Part shown: one piece after another, positions 26,101 through 37,496 of the stretch
How the letters are laid out: every line of letters starts with the position of its first letter
Position numbering within the stretch: the first letter of the stretch is position 1
NCBI RefSeq assembly: GCF_964204645.1
Contig: NC_134034.1
Location: 3,861,814 to 3,925,813 of the forward strand
DNA: 64,000 bases
Origin: Tubulanus polymorphus
Taxonomy: Eukaryota; Animalia; Nemertea
Direction of reading: 5' to 3'
Notes under the pieces: model-generated
Databases searched by the model: none
What the model was told of the DNA's origin: nothing
The model's input: only the letters and a program-made list of their open reading frames with translations
Made by a program: the position numbers and the translations under genes

Positions 26101-27291
26101 TGTTGATCTAGCTGACGAAATATTTATTAAATTATTGCTTTGGATTGAGTGATCCGATGGATTCCTAGCAGGACTATCACTTCCTGTGAGTTGTCCATGA
26201 TAGCAGCAAGATTCATCTAAAATGAAGTGATCGTAACATAAGAGCTTGTTACATGCACTTTTAGTGCAAGCTGCGAAAATATCTTCTTTGCAATTCCATC
26301 GTTAACATTTTCTGATATGGCCCTGTGCTTCATTTTCTTCTGACTCAGCGGCGGAATCCTTTTCTGGATCATAAATGGAATCATCATCAGCTGGTTCCTG
26401 TAGGTATTCAGATTGGTCTGAAGCAGAGTCGGATTCACAATCGGTTACATCACCTGATCCACCTGTTTTTCTCTTTTTTTGCACTTATAACCAGTGCAGA
26501 TGGTGTCATTTCATCACTGATAGAATCAAGGCGTTCGTTTTCTATGAATTCATAGTCCACAACCTCTCCGTGCCACCAAGATCTATCTGGAGGCCTGTAC
26601 ATTCGGGCCTTGCATCCAACCTTTCTTTGTTTGTAGTTGAATTTCAGTTTGCTAGCCTTAACTACATTCATACTTCCGTTACTCCAGCGAACCTTGGCAT
26701 CAGAGGTTGAGTCCATCTGAAAAAAAGAACAATGCATTGAAGTAGTTGTTCAACTCTAGTCAATAGACATATTTTCACAACAAATTAGCATTTTAGGCCT
26801 AGAGATAATGATGCTGACAGCAAAATAGGAATCTACTAGTTCACAATTCAGCCCCGTGCCGAGCTTTTTGAGAGGCAGTTCTATTTCAAGAAAAAGGGCA
26901 CTTTTTACAGTGAAAAGGGCCACTTCCCTATTGGAAATACCGCTACCCCCCAGGCTGCGGGCCTGCAATTACCATTTACCATAACTTCTTAAAATCTATT
27001 ATAATATCAATACATAACATATAACTGGAGCGATACAGAAAAAAATGCACAGTCTACAACAAGCAGTAAGAGTTCTTTCACTAAGTGACTTATAAGTGAT
27101 ACGCCAGTTAGTGGAATTAATGTTTTACCCAAATTTTAGATACGTCACAAATGAATATCTATATCTCGGAATCTACGTGGATTATAACTAAACAATTTTG
27201 TATGGATAAAGTAGCGATGTTACTTAATTTAGAAATGAACAAAGCAGAAAAATCTATTTTTTAGATACGCCGGTTAGTGAAAATAGCGACG
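23110..27291 (-). mobile_element. Defective chimeric Sola1-type DNA transposon, copy B (more complete)
   Basis: ORFs 23320-23640, 23655-24650, 24802-25233 and 25113-26021 carry Sola1 motifs (SDGCGGQNKN, GHGQSEGD, DLEKVIMLP). An acidic N-terminal exon follows a ttttttcag acceptor. The putative ends gagggaacac (23110) and ...gaaaatagcgacg (27291) do not match each other. Confidence 0.8.
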
Positions 27292-27489
27292 ATGCAGCTA
27301 TGGGGCCCAAAGAATCATCCACCGACAGATGATGTTAGTCGTATCTTGTAGAATTACTCTCGGTAATTCTCACACTAATTTCATGTATACTGGGGTCACA
27401 AGCGAGGTACAATGGAAATGAGCTATCACAGATTCCCCTGAATGGACAGCCTGTTTATAGACAAAAACCCACAATAAAGAGAAAAACTA

Positions 27490-27800
27490 ACTGGTAGCTT
27501 AACGTTTCAACTTAATTCTATGAGCCATTTTCAAAAACTGATTTATTGTACAGTTATAACAATGCAAAATATAGCAACAAGGTAACTAAGTGATCCCTAT
27601 AGTTGTTAATATATAGTGACTAAGGAGTTTATTTTGGGGGGAGAAACCTAAATTGGAATTGACTGTGAAGTCTGAGTTTTTTAGAATAATAGCTGACTCA
27701 AGGATTCGACCTTTATATAAATCAGAACAAGGGTATATCAACTGGCTAGAGGAGAAGTAAAAAATATGGCCAGTTTCAAATGTGTGTAAAAGAATTTTTT
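27490..27800 (-). mobile_element. Penelope-like element 3' relic
   Basis: LHTFETGHIF...KGRILESAII...VN resembles the PLE GIY-YIG C-terminus. A decayed ttgaaaatgg...gaaacg motif follows. Confidence 0.6.
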
Positions 27801-27879
27801 TTATTGTGGGTTTTTGTCTACTATTGATATTGGACAGCCACTTGTCTATGGAAACCAGCCTGTATATACTCAAAGTCAA

Positions 27880-28140
27880 GTCCATAAACATGTAAAAACT
27901 AAAACAATATCGTTCAACAGACCCTCAAGAACTCTTTCCACGGGTTTCTCAAAAGTAGCGGCTGAAATTATCAATCCCATGGGTAATTTACGATATTGAT
28001 AAAATGTATGCTGGGTAGCGAATTCGGTCGGCCTGGTTAAAAGATAAGAATGCATGTCTTAGATCTATGTCGTCTATTCTAGGTAAAGGATAGGCATCTG
28101 CCACAGTATGTTGATTCAAACTTCGAAAGGCCTTTACTAA
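27880..28140 (-). mobile_element. Gypsy reverse transcriptase relic
   Basis: Minus strand reads FRSLNQHTVADAYPLPRIDD.DLRHAF and ERVLEGLL..IVLVF. Confidence 0.7.
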
Positions 28141-28594
28141 TCTAAGTGAACCATCCGGCTGGCTTAGTGGCCAGCACCATACTGGAATTCCAGCCTGAAT
28201 TATTCTTTTCGATCACGTTTGATTGTCGCATCTTACCTAGTAACGAATTTAACTCAGGTTGCTTTGCCTGGTTTACCAGCCGAACTTTCTGTTTGATAGG
28301 CAGAAGATGCTTGGTTAATGTGTGTTCAGCACAGCTCCCAAATATAAATCGGATTTAGCAAATATATCTGAGTATTTCAAGATCAGACTCTTACAACTAC
28401 GTTTTATTAGATCACTGAGGTTGTCAGGCCTTCACACGATTTTCAGCCCTGGGACTGAATTTCTTCACTGCATATTAATGTTTTCAAATGACATATTGTC
28501 GCCGGTACCCAAAAACAAAACAAAAAATATAAATTTAACATGAGAATGAATAGATTAACAAGTATGCACATTTAAATACAGATATTCTACATAG

Positions 28595-28715
28595 TAATGA
28601 TATAAATAATAATAATTATAATTGTAATAATTATTATTATTATTAATAATTATACTATAGTAATTATGAGAATAATATGAAATACTTAACGACCCCAAAT
28701 AACGATAACAATAAT
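28595..28715. repeat. (AAT/ATT)n microsatellite
   Basis: aataataataattataattgtaataattattattattattaataat... Confidence 0.85.
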
Positions 28716-28779
28716 GTACCACATGCAACAATATACTAGAATAAGAGTTTCATTTAAGAATTAAGAATTATCTACGATA

Positions 28780-29345
28780 GGTATCATCCTCGAGATTAAG
28801 GCCACAAGGGGACAATGCATTAACGCTTGTGGATGTAGAATGATTCCTTGAGGCGACGTTCAGAGGTATATTCTATGGTTTCAATGGCGGTTCCCGAGAT
28901 ATCGGACAGGCTGTGATTGTTTGAATTGTTGAGCAACGATGTTATTGTGATTTTTGGTGATGGAATAAAGACGCTCCCTGAATTTATCACCAAATCTTCG
29001 TCCTGTTTCACCGATATATTTCATATCACATTTGAGACAAATGAGGCAATAAATAACGTTAGCGCTAACACATGAGAAGGATTGTTTTATACGGACGGAT
29101 GAATGGCTCCCTACGATATATTCAATATTTCCAAGAACATGATCACATGTTTTACTGATCCTGCGTTGACACGAGAAAGTGTCAGGAATCTCACATTCCT
29201 TATTAAGTTTAGTGCGCACGAACTTACTACCAATACATCTTTCGTTTTTGAAGAAGGTAAGGTGGTTCCTGTCGAAGAGGTGTCCAATTTCATTGTCCTC
29301 GAATAGAATGTGGAAATAACGTTTTATGGCACGTGCGACTTTTAG
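28780..29345 (-). mobile_element. Penelope-like element GIY-YIG endonuclease relic
   Basis: FSCVSANVIYCLICLKCDMKYIGETGRRFGDKFRE, then ERRLKESFYIH...PCGLN. Frameshifted. Confidence 0.88.
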
Positions 29346-30714
29346 AGCTATATTAATTAAATGTAAGAACTAGTGGAATTTTGTGTTCGGAACTTTTCAC
29401 GGTTGTGGTCAGAGTGGTAGTCGCAAGAATTGGATTTATGGTATACTATTAATAGATTTAGATGGATGGTTTGAATCGCTTTTTGAATCTTTTTTTTTCT
29501 GTTATGAAAAAGAAAACTTGAAGAGCTTTCCCCTTCCAATTGATGTCTTAGGATTATAATTTTGCCAGAGAATTTTGCTGATTTTTGAAGAATCCACGGC
29601 AAGGTTCTTTTTTCGAATCCCTTGTGACTTGAAGTTGTTGAGCGGTTCAACATGTTGGCAATATGTGAACAAAAAACTTCCCCCAGCAAATCTGCTGCGC
29701 CATTTCCACGAAAGTCAGTCGCGGTAAAGCTAGAGCTATGAAAGGATATGCGCATCCTACACGGTCTATTTAAGAACATGAATTAATCGATAGTTTTAAT
29801 GAAATAATCTAGCAAATTCATTTGATCTTGATTAACGCACGGGTAGCATTTACTAGGTGTTACGTTACGATTGTGTAACTCTCAGGGTCATCATTTCGTT
29901 GAACCGCCAACATTTGTTTACGGTCCCGTGGCTGGCGTTACAACGAGCTTTGACTGTATTTGAAAATTATCGGAATATCAATTAATACCTGGCGAAGTAC
30001 AGGCAGGTAATAGAGCTAGCTCAAGAGGCGTATTATACCATATTTCAATTATCAAATCATAATTTCTTCACTTGTAAATTGATTACTGTAGCATTTGCAT
30101 CGATTTTTATAAGTTCATAGAATAAAACACAACTTGTATGTTGTTTAAAACATCGTCGTTTCATTTGATTCAATCGTCTGTGCCGGTAATCTAGACAGGT
30201 GCTATGTAGTATAGAGTGATTGGTTGACAGAAATGGGAACTCCCGAAGGATAGACTATTAGATAGAAACATTGCACAAATACTCAAGTGGCTTCACCTTT
30301 TTTCGGCATACATTTCAATCAGCGGGCCTAGTACGTGTAGTGTAGGTCAACATGTAAAATTGCATGACTGCATGACATGTTAGGCATAAATCATCACCTG
30401 CTACTGGGGATTCCAGAAGCGCATAGATTATAGAATTTCGAACTTAAGTAGCATCACTATTTAACAAAATTGAAGCCAAATTTCATAGAAATACTAAGTA
30501 ATTGGCAACATAAACGGCGTTTTTTACCAAAAAAAAATTTAAAAGCATAGATTTTTTTCACAAAAAATGTGTAGGCCTATAGATAATAATTTCCATTTTA
30601 TTAAACATGATGATAGTCTTACGATTTAGATAATTGTTTTTTACTTTGCCTAAATTGATACAAAAATGCCTAAAAAGGCGAATTTAAGCACAAAAGTAAA
30701 ACATTTTTTTCATC

Positions 30715-31810
30715 TCCTTGTACTTGTAATCATTTCCATCCACTATCTGGCAACAATGCCGCAAACAGAGGAAAAACATCCAGAGATATGGAAAGAATTC
30801 ATGACTGAAAATTTATGTGTCACCAAAGGAATGCGGTTCAAGTCCAGTATAATATTTCTGAATATTTCCCCCACTCAAAGATACATTAAAAAACGAGGAA
30901 TTAGGCTGCGCACTCAGTGTTCTACCAACATACCGACAAGCCATCAAACCGACATACCGACAAACTGGCATGTAACAAACAAGATCTTTAAAGTTGTAAT
31001 TCGGCTACGAACTTTGTGTTTTTCTACTGACATACCGACAAACAGACAAACCGACATACTGATAGTCCCTCGCTCCAGCCACGGTCCCTCGATCCACGCA
31101 CGGGTTTGTCGGTTTGTCAGTTCGTCGGTTTGTCTGTATGTTGGTATTTCCGTTTGTCAGTATGTCGTTGTGCCGGTATGTCCGTACGTCTCCATAGCGT
31201 AATGTCGTAAGATTCAATCAGTCCGATATTGGCGGATTAATTTCAAATTTAGACTGATTTTTCTTTATTTCACCTGAAGTTTCGAAGATTGTTGATGGGT
31301 TTGAAAGCAACTATGGTATTCTTAGTGACAACAAAAGAAAAGAACCCCAAGAGATCTGGAAGAAAATTTCCCAGAATACTGAAAAAATGCAGAATAATTT
31401 TCGTTCAAGCTTTTTTTGCAGCAGATTTTGCAGAGATCACTGCTCCTGGCTTGCGACAAGGCCAAGGTCGTCCATCATCTTGGAGCCTTGACATCTGAAC
31501 AAGTCCTACATACGGGGACAAGACGTAATGGTTGATGTAAGTCTTGATGATAAACCAGTGTCTGAAATGGTTAATGAACAAATAGAAGTCTCAAATGGCG
31601 GTTCAGAAATCTTCAATAATGATGAATGCCAACAGCAAAGAGAACCCGCTGATGCAAACTAAGGGAACGAAAGTGAAGATGTCGAACAGCACATAGTTAT
31701 AATCATCGATGGTATGGCCCTGGCGAACTCAATCTCAAAGACAGGCAGAATATAAAGATGTAGTGACTTTGCAACTGCATTTCAAGAAAAGCTCGTCAGG
31801 ATTGCAGCCA
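30715..31810 (+). mobile_element. Academ-type transposase relic, copy B, with an internal palindromic MITE (~30905-31200)
   Basis: Same motifs as 12100-13028. Inverted cataccgaca/tgtcggtttg arrays sit inside it. Confidence 0.6.
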
Positions 31811-32110
31811 AGAACAATGAGGACACGTCATGAGCGCAAACCAGCAATATGCAAATACACGTATGACCGCACTGCTGGGCGTTGCCGCAGTGACTTTGAC
31901 AACGGTCGATTGATTATCAACATAATTTAGCAATAGATTACTGATTCTAATACCTTCATCTTGATCTTGTATCAATTTGGCATTGATGTAAAGTTCAATG
32001 TCCAGTGTCACAAGAACTTTTTTTACTTCGCACTACAACGTCTGTAACCTTGGCAAATTCATAGCACTGACATCATAGTTGCAAATTCGTATGCTGGTGT
32101 TCTCAACAAA

Positions 32111-32245
32111 CTAATCTTTTCCATCGATTGTATCGCTTTTGAAGTCAATGTTGTCCACAGCAAAGTATATTAGTTTCCCGCTAACTATGCCGTGTGGTAC
32201 GTAAACTCCATTGCTAGAATTCCAAAGTCCGCTTACTGTTACTCC
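32111..32245 (-). mobile_element. Academ-type transposase fragment in opposite orientation
   Basis: NGVYVPHGIVSGKLIYFAVDNIDFKSDTIDGK matches the DNID...T.DG motif. Confidence 0.65.
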
Positions 32246-32775
32246 CATTTCAAAAGCCTCGAATATGAAACACTTATAGGCCCGAATCATGAAGGAATTC
32301 AATGAAACCTTTGCTGCGGGTTGAAGAGTAATTCGAAATACCCAGAGCCAGACTGCGTGAACTCTAATACTTTGATAGGTGTCTACGGCCACTTTCTTCA
32401 TACTTCGGTCTATAATTAACATAACGTGAGAATCGTACGTTAGATATTATGTCCAATCCAATGTTCCAATGCTACTTTACACTGGTTTTCATTTCGCAAT
32501 AATATTTTCCTCAGCACTTTCCCCATACAATATATGTATATATAAGAACCGTTGCTATGGCAACGAAGACAACGATTGTAAAGCTGGCACCAAAACTTTT
32601 CTGACTCTAAAGTTTCCATAGGTACCAAAAATCATTGGTGCCAGAGCTCTAACGACGAGTGCATACTCGGCCATTAAGAGACCGGACTATACACGTCATA
32701 AATATGTTTACGCTTATATGCCATAGCATGAATATTTAAATTCCTCATTGAAGTTATTTTACATTCGCTGGAAAA

Positions 32776-33843
32776 TTATCTATTTCTGCATCTTCGTAGA
32801 GCATGAAAAAATCGTGAAAAAAGCGTTTTCAGATTGAGTTGAAATTTAGAATTGATCGACAAATAAACGATGAAATTCAAGGCAGAATCGAGAACAACCA
32901 TAAAGAGTCCAGTTTTTCTCGTGTATTGTTTGAAATCGTCCGATTTGAATTCAAAACCCGCTATATCTGCAACTCGGTCGACGCAAGCGGGCGTTTCACA
33001 AATAGTAAAAATCAGTAAAATTGCCGTCACCATTTTATCGGCTTGCCGTTCGCTACGGCTGACTTTTTGCGGCGGAGAGCTTGCTAGAAACTCCGAACGC
33101 CGCGAACGAGCGGAATAAACCGAGCCGAGTAGGCCGACATTAGTAGCGTAAAGAATTAGCATCGGAAACCCGACGAGGGTTCCGAAATAGATCGTCACAT
33201 CGTAACGAGTGAAAACAACTGGAGCAGCCTTCATTATTAGCGAAGTAACTTCATTCAGTGCGCAATCTCGAAGAAACTCGTATTCAACATTCAAAAACAC
33301 ATAACGTGGGCAACAACAGGCGATAGAAAATATAAACATTGAAACGATATTGAATTTACAAAATTCCCACGTCAAAACTCGTCTGGACCAGAACGGGAAT
33401 TTTATATTCAGAAAACGTATCACGGAAATGAACGCGGTTATCCAGTTTCTGGTTTGTTGCATAATGAAATAGAAAACGACTGAGTGATATGCTATTTGAG
33501 CACTTGTTCTGAAGCCACCAAGCCTAAATATTAAATCCCCGTATCGGAATCTGTGTATGACGTGCCTGAGGCAAAAGTACACGAAACACACGATTAGAAA
33601 CGTTATATCGCAACACGCCAAAACCTTCAGGATTTTTATCGATATCAAGGCGTGTTTATCAAGACTGAACACGATCAAATTGAGGACGTTACCAACCACA
33701 CCAAATATGCAAACCCCACCTATTCCCCAGACAAACAAGTAGTGAACGAACTTGTAACTAGTTTTTATAGGTGGACAGTACACTTCTGTCGACGTATTAA
33801 CCGCATCATCCATTTTGTTTATGTCGTGACTGGAATTACGCAT
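32776..33843 (-). CDS. Intronless class A GPCR, FMRFamide/sex-peptide-receptor-like, 355 aa
   Basis: TM1 GVVGNVLN, TM2 LACCD, TM3 QQTRNW...IRF..I.FP, TM5 FPMLIL..TN, TM6 CETP, TM7 DSALNFIVY, helix 8 NSKF. Confidence 0.93.
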   Translation of the reverse strand: MRNSSHDINKMDDAVNTSTEVYCPPIKTSYKFVHYLFVWGIGGVCIFGVVGNVLNLIVFSLDKHALISIKILKVLACCDITFLIVCFVYFCLRHVIHRFRYGDLIFRLGGFRTSAQIAYHSVVFYFIMQQTRNWITAFISVIRFLNIKFPFWSRRVLTWEFCKFNIVSMFIFSIACCCPRYVFLNVEYEFLRDCALNEVTSLIMKAAPVVFTRYDVTIYFGTLVGFPMLILYATNVGLLGSVYSARSRRSEFLASSPPQKVSRSERQADKMVTAILLIFTICETPACVDRVADIAGFEFKSDDFKQYTRKTGLFMVVLDSALNFIVYLSINSKFQLNLKTLFSRFFHALRRCRNR

Positions 33844-34358
33844 GCAACGCTCTATAGTCAGAATGACGTCTACGGGTAAAGGATGACTGACTCGCTATCA
33901 CGAATGAGCTATAAATGATGCTTTGAAAGATAACGAAAGAATGAATCCAATTCGCTATAACTAATCAAAATCAATACAACGGCGGTCTGCATACAAACTG
34001 ATGGCTGTAAATTGTATCGAAGAATGCAAATAAATTAGGTTCGTCAAATTGATTTGCACCATAATCAAGTCATATATTCTGTGTATTCCATTTAGATTCA
34101 ATTTACTCGGAAATGGTTTATATATGTATGCCTGAGATATATGTACGAAAATTGTCAATTCGAACATTATCCCTGAAATTTCAATGCCGTGGTATACGTA
34201 CATGCACATGTTTATTTATATACAGGAAAAACGTAATTATCTATTTGACTGTAAGAACAGCTCTGGATATGTCGAACAGAACTACGGGTGACGTCACAGA
34301 CACCTGGCTCTAGTAGGGTAGTGACCAAGTATCTATTTCGTTATGTCGTCATTACTTA

Positions 34359-35016
34359 AGTCCAACGCACACGGCACCGAAAAAACGTTTTTTCACGAGG
34401 AAAAAACGTTTTTTCGGTGCCGTGTGCGTTGGAGGCAAAATACAAAACACCGAACTGAAATACGTTTTTCGCGAGCAAAAAACGTTTTTTGCGAAACAAG
34501 CGCTGCTTGATTTGCGAAAAACGTTTTTTTTGTAGTTGAATTGCCTTATGCGCCTTCCAATCCATGAACGCTGCCACACACGTCGATTGACACTTCTACG
34601 CCGTCGATTTCGCAAAATTAACAATATTGCTAATAAAATCTTTCGCCGTCGCATGGACGCCGCCATTTTGAGATTGATGTGAGTAAAGCCCAACGCACAC
34701 GTTTCACCGAAACAGAAAACACGTTTTTCAGAAAACGTTTTTTGCTCGTGAAAAACGTTTTTCAGTTCGGTGTTTTGTGTTTTGCCCTCCCCGCACAGTT
34801 TTTTTCACGAGGGAAAAACGTTTTTTCGGTGACGTGTGCGTTGGGCTTAACTGAGTTTATTGCTGTCTCCATCGATTCCATGGTGCAAGATATGTTTTCT
34901 GCACGTTTTCGTTATGCCGTGTGCGTTGGACGTTTTATCGTTTGCAGGCAAAACGTTTTGTGAAAAACGTGTTTTCTGTTTCGGCGAAACAAATTTTTTG
35001 CCGTGTGCGTTGGGCT
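34359..35016 (-). mobile_element. Non-autonomous PIF/Harbinger element with TTA TSD, retaining the transposase N-terminus
   Basis: tta|ag(t/c)ccaacgcacacg ... cgtgtgcgttgggct|tta. Encodes MAASMRRRKILL...RRRRSVNRRVWQRSWIGRR. Confidence 0.85.
34687..34847. mobile_element. 161-bp Harbinger MITE nested in a same-family element, TAA TSD
   Basis: taa|agcccaacgcacacg ... cgtgtgcgttgggct|taa. The empty site is visible in the copy at 45708-46092. Confidence 0.88.
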
Positions 35017-35279
35017 TTATTCAGGGCATAGTTTCGAGTTTAGTTTATCGATTAATGGTATACGTACCACGTGATACAGCCCTTACTACAGGAAACAAGG
35101 TCTATAATCAGTCTTTTGGCTTATTTGCGTCTGGATTACCTTTGCAATATTCGGGCACTTGTCCATTCATGAACGACTTATTGAATATTAGTAAACGCTA
35201 TAGATTATATGAAAGTATTACTGTGAATCATTATGTCCGGAACTAATTGTTTTACTGGGATGGGCACATTACTAGTGAA

Positions 35280-36230
35280 TTTCACTTGAATCAGTTGGAA
35301 ATGAATAAATGAGGAATCAGAGGGGATCAATTAGATAATGATAAAAGATCTTATCAGTTTTGGGAATTTTTCCTTCGTTGTTTTTGCCAACTGAACTTAA
35401 GCATTCAGCAAATAATTTGCTATTGTTTTGGGATTCTACACAGTTTTACCATAATTACTAAACGAATGATCGGATAAGCAATTTTACCATTTCTCATGGG
35501 ATATTTTCTTTCTGATGAAAATACAAACACCTCCACGTCTGTGTAAGTGTCTTCGTACGAAACTGTAATAAGGGATCTATTTCAAACTTGCGGTCTATAA
35601 TTTCCAGACATAATTTTTCTACAAGAATTAGCATATAAGGAACATCATGTGTATCGAGTATGATACGTACTCATTTAAGTATCACTGTCACCTTCAAAAG
35701 CAGAAATATCTAGGTTATTTGACAAAATCAAAGCTCGAATTGGTGCCGGAAAAGAGAATCAATATGTTTTTAAAGAGCATCGTCACAATCGATTAAGTGA
35801 TTACGAAATTTACAACTTTGGACACGTTACGTTGCAGAAAGTCTCATCATCGGCTGTGTTTACAACGCCATCACAAACTTCAGATTGTGAAATACATCGA
35901 TTTTTGCGGCCGCATTAAAGCATTCATGGACATGAAAATGTCTCACAGTTGTTTCATCTTCTGAATGACGACAATCTGATTGACCATCGCCACACCTGTC
36001 TGATTGGAACGCAGTACGAGGCTGGACATTTCAAAGTGCCAGCTGGACATTCTTTAGAATCCACTACGTAGTCAATTAAGATTTCTACGAACTGTGTAGC
36101 CATTTGCCATTCTTTCGAGAATACCACTGTGACATCTGGAATAACAATGGCGTGAATTGAAGATTCGCTGACGCATTACTTATAAGTCTTCTTCGAAAAT
36201 TGCACTGCAACCCACGACTCCATCGTATGG
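35280..36230 (-). pseudogene. GRL101-type (LDLa + LRR) receptor ectodomain relic
   Basis: Minus strand reads ECPAGTLKCPASYCVPIRQV(fs)CDGQSDCRHSEDE, then FSCP*ML*CGRKNRCISQSEVCDGVVNTADDETFCNVTCP, then LRR-like PAPIRALILSNN. Contains stops and frameshifts. Confidence 0.75.
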
Positions 36231-36461
36231 TAACTACTCCATATATGATAACTGGATTCATACTCTTCTAAAATGTTAATTCGAGGAACATTCCTTGAAT
36301 GGTTAGAATTATGAAACTAAAAATTTCAATTCTACCGACCGTTTGTCGTTCTTCTATTGTGATGATTTATCATCTGCTGATAATATGCCAGCAATTCACT
36401 GCTTCTATAGCATGAATATCGAAATACATATTGAAATCATTTACATTTGCCGCAGATTTTT

Positions 36462-37496
36462 CTATACATGCTTGTTTGTGATGTGCACGAAAGGCGTTGA
36501 AAAAGCGTTTGTAAGATTGTGTCTGAATTTAGAATTCGTCGATAGATAAACGAGGAAATTCAAGGCCGAATCGAGGACAACCAATAGAAGTCCCGCTTTT
36601 CGCGTGTATTGTTTGAAATCGTCCGATTTTAATTCTAAACCTGCTATATCTGCAACTCGGTCGATGCAAGCGGGCGTTTCGCAAATAGTAAAAGTCAGCA
36701 AAATTGCCGTCACCATTTTATCGGCTTGTCGTTCGCTACGGCCGACTTTTTCTGGCGGAGAGCTTGCTAGAAACTCCGAACGCCGCGAACGAGCGGAATA
36801 AACAGAACCGAGTAAGCCGAGATTAGTAGCGTAGAGAATAAGCATCGGAAACCCGACGAGGAATCCGAAATAGATCGTCACATCGTAATGCGTGAATACA
36901 ACTGGAGCGACCTGTACTAACACCGGTGTTACTTCATTCAATGCGCAATCGCGGAGAACCTCGTATTTGATATCCAGAAGCACATAACGTGGAACGTTAC
37001 AGGCGATAGAAACCATAAACATGAAAACAATATTGACTTTGCAAAATTTCCATGTCAAAACTCGTCTGGCCCAGAACGGGAATTTAATATTCACAAAACG
37101 TATCACGGAAATGAAAGCGGTTATCCAGTTTCTGGTTTGTTGCAAGATGTAATAAAATACGACAGAGTGATATGCTATTTGTGCCCCGATCTCCAAGTCA
37201 TCATACCTAAATATCATATCCCCGAATTGGAACCGAAACAGCATGTGCCTGACAAAGAAGTATGCGAAACAAACGATGAGAAACGCCATATCGCAACACG
37301 CTAAAACCTTCAGGATGTTGATCGAAAGCAAGGCGTGTTTATCAAGAGTGAACACGATCAAATTGAGAACGTTACCGACAATTCCAAATAAGCAAACCAT
37401 TCCTATTCCGCAGACGTATACAAAATGAACGAACCTATAACTAGTTCTTATCGGTGGACAGTAAACGACTATCGAAGAGTTAACCATTTCATCCAT
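36462..37496 (-). CDS. Intronless class A GPCR, paralogue of 32776-33843, 344 aa
   Basis: Intact 7TM ORF colinear with the 355-aa receptor, with long identical blocks such as YSARSRRSEFLASSPP and DDFKQYTRK. Confidence 0.92.
   Translation of the reverse strand: MDEMVNSSIVVYCPPIRTSYRFVHFVYVCGIGMVCLFGIVGNVLNLIVFTLDKHALLSINILKVLACCDMAFLIVCFAYFFVRHMLFRFQFGDMIFRYDDLEIGAQIAYHSVVFYYILQQTRNWITAFISVIRFVNIKFPFWARRVLTWKFCKVNIVFMFMVSIACNVPRYVLLDIKYEVLRDCALNEVTPVLVQVAPVVFTHYDVTIYFGFLVGFPMLILYATNLGLLGSVYSARSRRSEFLASSPPEKVGRSERQADKMVTAILLTFTICETPACIDRVADIAGLELKSDDFKQYTRKAGLLLVVLDSALNFLVYLSTNSKFRHNLTNAFSTPFVHITNKHV

Larger units (their letters stand above)
13136..31810. repeat. Tandem segmental duplication, unit B (longer: extra 18718-22006 and 26756-30513)
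   Basis: Colinear with unit A apart from large indels. Similarity ends at gtcaggattgcagccaa (~31810, matching 13028). Confidence 0.9.

Noticed and set aside
29357-29779. 140-aa ORF next to the Penelope relic
   Set aside because: No recognisable motif, and it lies in TE debris.
34352-34693. 113-aa and 121-aa (45689-46054) basic ORFs as host genes
   Set aside because: They lie within Harbinger TIRs and are only the transposase N-terminus running into subterminal repeats.
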